Part shown: positions 63,079 to 64,000 of the stretch, piece after piece | Numbering within the stretch: position 1 is the first letter of the stretch | How the letters are laid out: the number at the start of each line of letters is the position of its first letter | NCBI GenBank assembly: GCA_963816355.1 | Contig: CAWFKH010000003.1 | Coordinates: forward strand, 1,312,001-1,376,000 | Direction: 5' to 3' | Origin: an uncultured Gemmatimonadales bacterium | Lineage (GTDB): Bacteria; Gemmatimonadota; Gemmatimonadetes; Longimicrobiales; RSA9 | DNA: 64,000 nucleotides | Translations under genes and position numbers: made by a program | The notes under the pieces: model-generated | The model's database searches: none | The model's input: the letters and a program-made list of their open reading frames with translations, nothing else | What the model was told of the DNA's origin: nothing

Positions 63079-64000
63079 ATGCCCGCGCACGCCTTCAGCC
63101 ACACCGCCCGCCGGGCGGCGCTGTCCGAGATGGCGCGCGCGCCGGTCGACCTGCTCGTCGTCGGCGGCGGCATCACCGGCTGCGGCCTCGCGCGCGACGC
63201 GGCGCTGCGGGGGCTGCGCGTGGCGCTCGTCGAGGCGGTGGACTTCGGCTTCGGCACGTCGAGCCGCTCCACGAAGATCGTGCACGGCGGAATCCGCTAC
63301 CTGGCGTACGGCGACTTCGACCTCGTGCGGGAGTCGGCGCGCGAGCGCTGGGTGCTGCGTCGCATCGCGCCGCACCTGGTGCATCCGGTCGAGTTCGTGT
63401 ATCCGCTCTACGCCGACCAGTGGCGGCTGAAGTACCGCCTCGGCTTCTGGCTCTTCGACCGCCTCGCGGGCGCGCGGGGCGACGAAGGCCACCGCATGCT
63501 CGACGAGCGCGCGGTGCGCGAGCGCGTGCCGGGCCTGCGCCCCGAGCTGCGCGGCGGCGGCGCCTATCCGGAGTTCGTCACCGACGACGCGCGGCTGACG
63601 ATGGAGAACGCCCTCTCGGCGGCGCTGCACGGCGCGCTGGTGGCGAACCACGCCCCGCTGGAGCGACTGCTGGTCCAGGGTGGCGCGCTGCGCGGGGCGA
63701 TCGTGCGCGACGCCGAGAGCGGGCGCGAGCACGAGGTCGCAGCGCGCGTCGTCGTGAACGCGACCGGCGTGTGGGCGGCACGGACGATCGAGCTCGGCGC
63801 GACGCCGCCGCCCGGGCGCGGCCTCGTTCCGAGCAAGGGGATCCACCTGCTCTTCCCCGCGGAGCGGCTGCCGATCGCGGGAGCCACGCACGTGCGGGCG
63901 TCGGACGGACGCGAGGGGCTCGCGATCCGGCGCGGCGACTTCGTCTACGTCGGCACGACGGACGTGCCGTATCGCGGGCCGCTCGATCGGCCCCTCGCCG
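63079..64000 (+). CDS. glpD: FAD-dependent glycerol-3-phosphate dehydrogenase/oxidase family, 3' truncated by the window edge
   Basis: Not in the ORF track; translated by hand from ATG 63079: DLLVVGGGITGCGLARDAALRGL, GTSSRSTKIVHGGIRYL, APHLV, DDARL, VVNATGVW, SKGIH, VGTTD. Confidence 0.88.
   Translation, partial: MPAHAFSHTARRAALSEMARAPVDLLVVGGGITGCGLARDAALRGLRVALVEAVDFGFGTSSRSTKIVHGGIRYLAYGDFDLVRESARERWVLRRIAPHLVHPVEFVYPLYADQWRLKYRLGFWLFDRLAGARGDEGHRMLDERAVRERVPGLRPELRGGGAYPEFVTDDARLTMENALSAALHGALVANHAPLERLLVQGGALRGAIVRDAESGREHEVAARVVVNATGVWAARTIELGATPPPGRGLVPSKGIHLLFPAERLPIAGATHVRASDGREGLAIRRGDFVYVGTTDVPYRGPLDRPLA

Overview
High-GC (roughly 70-75% by eye) bacterial chromosome segment, mostly core genome. 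Gene content and order suggest Gemmatimonadota (FCB group); this is an inference. Left part: fsa/tal-htrA-purB-purC-pssA-purS-purQ, then three exported-protein genes (MBL hydrolase, Tat-exported VPS10/BNR propeller, unknown lipoprotein), purL, an antisense Asp-less receiver gene, purF, an OPT transporter, ppdK, add and fbp. Middle: a minus-strand alr-cdd-lipoprotein-OM barrel-miaB-comEC operon sharing a compact bidirectional promoter with mazG, then asnS, a QseG-like lipoprotein, recG and ftsY. Right part: a dcw cluster (mraZ to ftsZ, without murB/ddl) with MraZ boxes, followed by an M23 peptidase and a vWA membrane protein; also a YegS-like kinase, a TPR protein, an orphan chemoreceptor and a partial glpD. 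No rRNA, tRNA, CRISPR array, transposase or integrase was recognised. Best leads: (1) a coupled DUF4270-like lipoprotein plus FadL-like barrel pair resembling the Bacteroidota BamH/BamG BAM subunits; (2) two well-placed sigma54 promoters driving a pseudo-receiver (with a candidate enhancer palindrome) and a QseG-like lipoprotein; (3) a 10-codon mini-ORF coupled at both ends between purC and pssA that looks like a deleted-gene (psd) scar. All protein calls come from motif recognition, not database searches.
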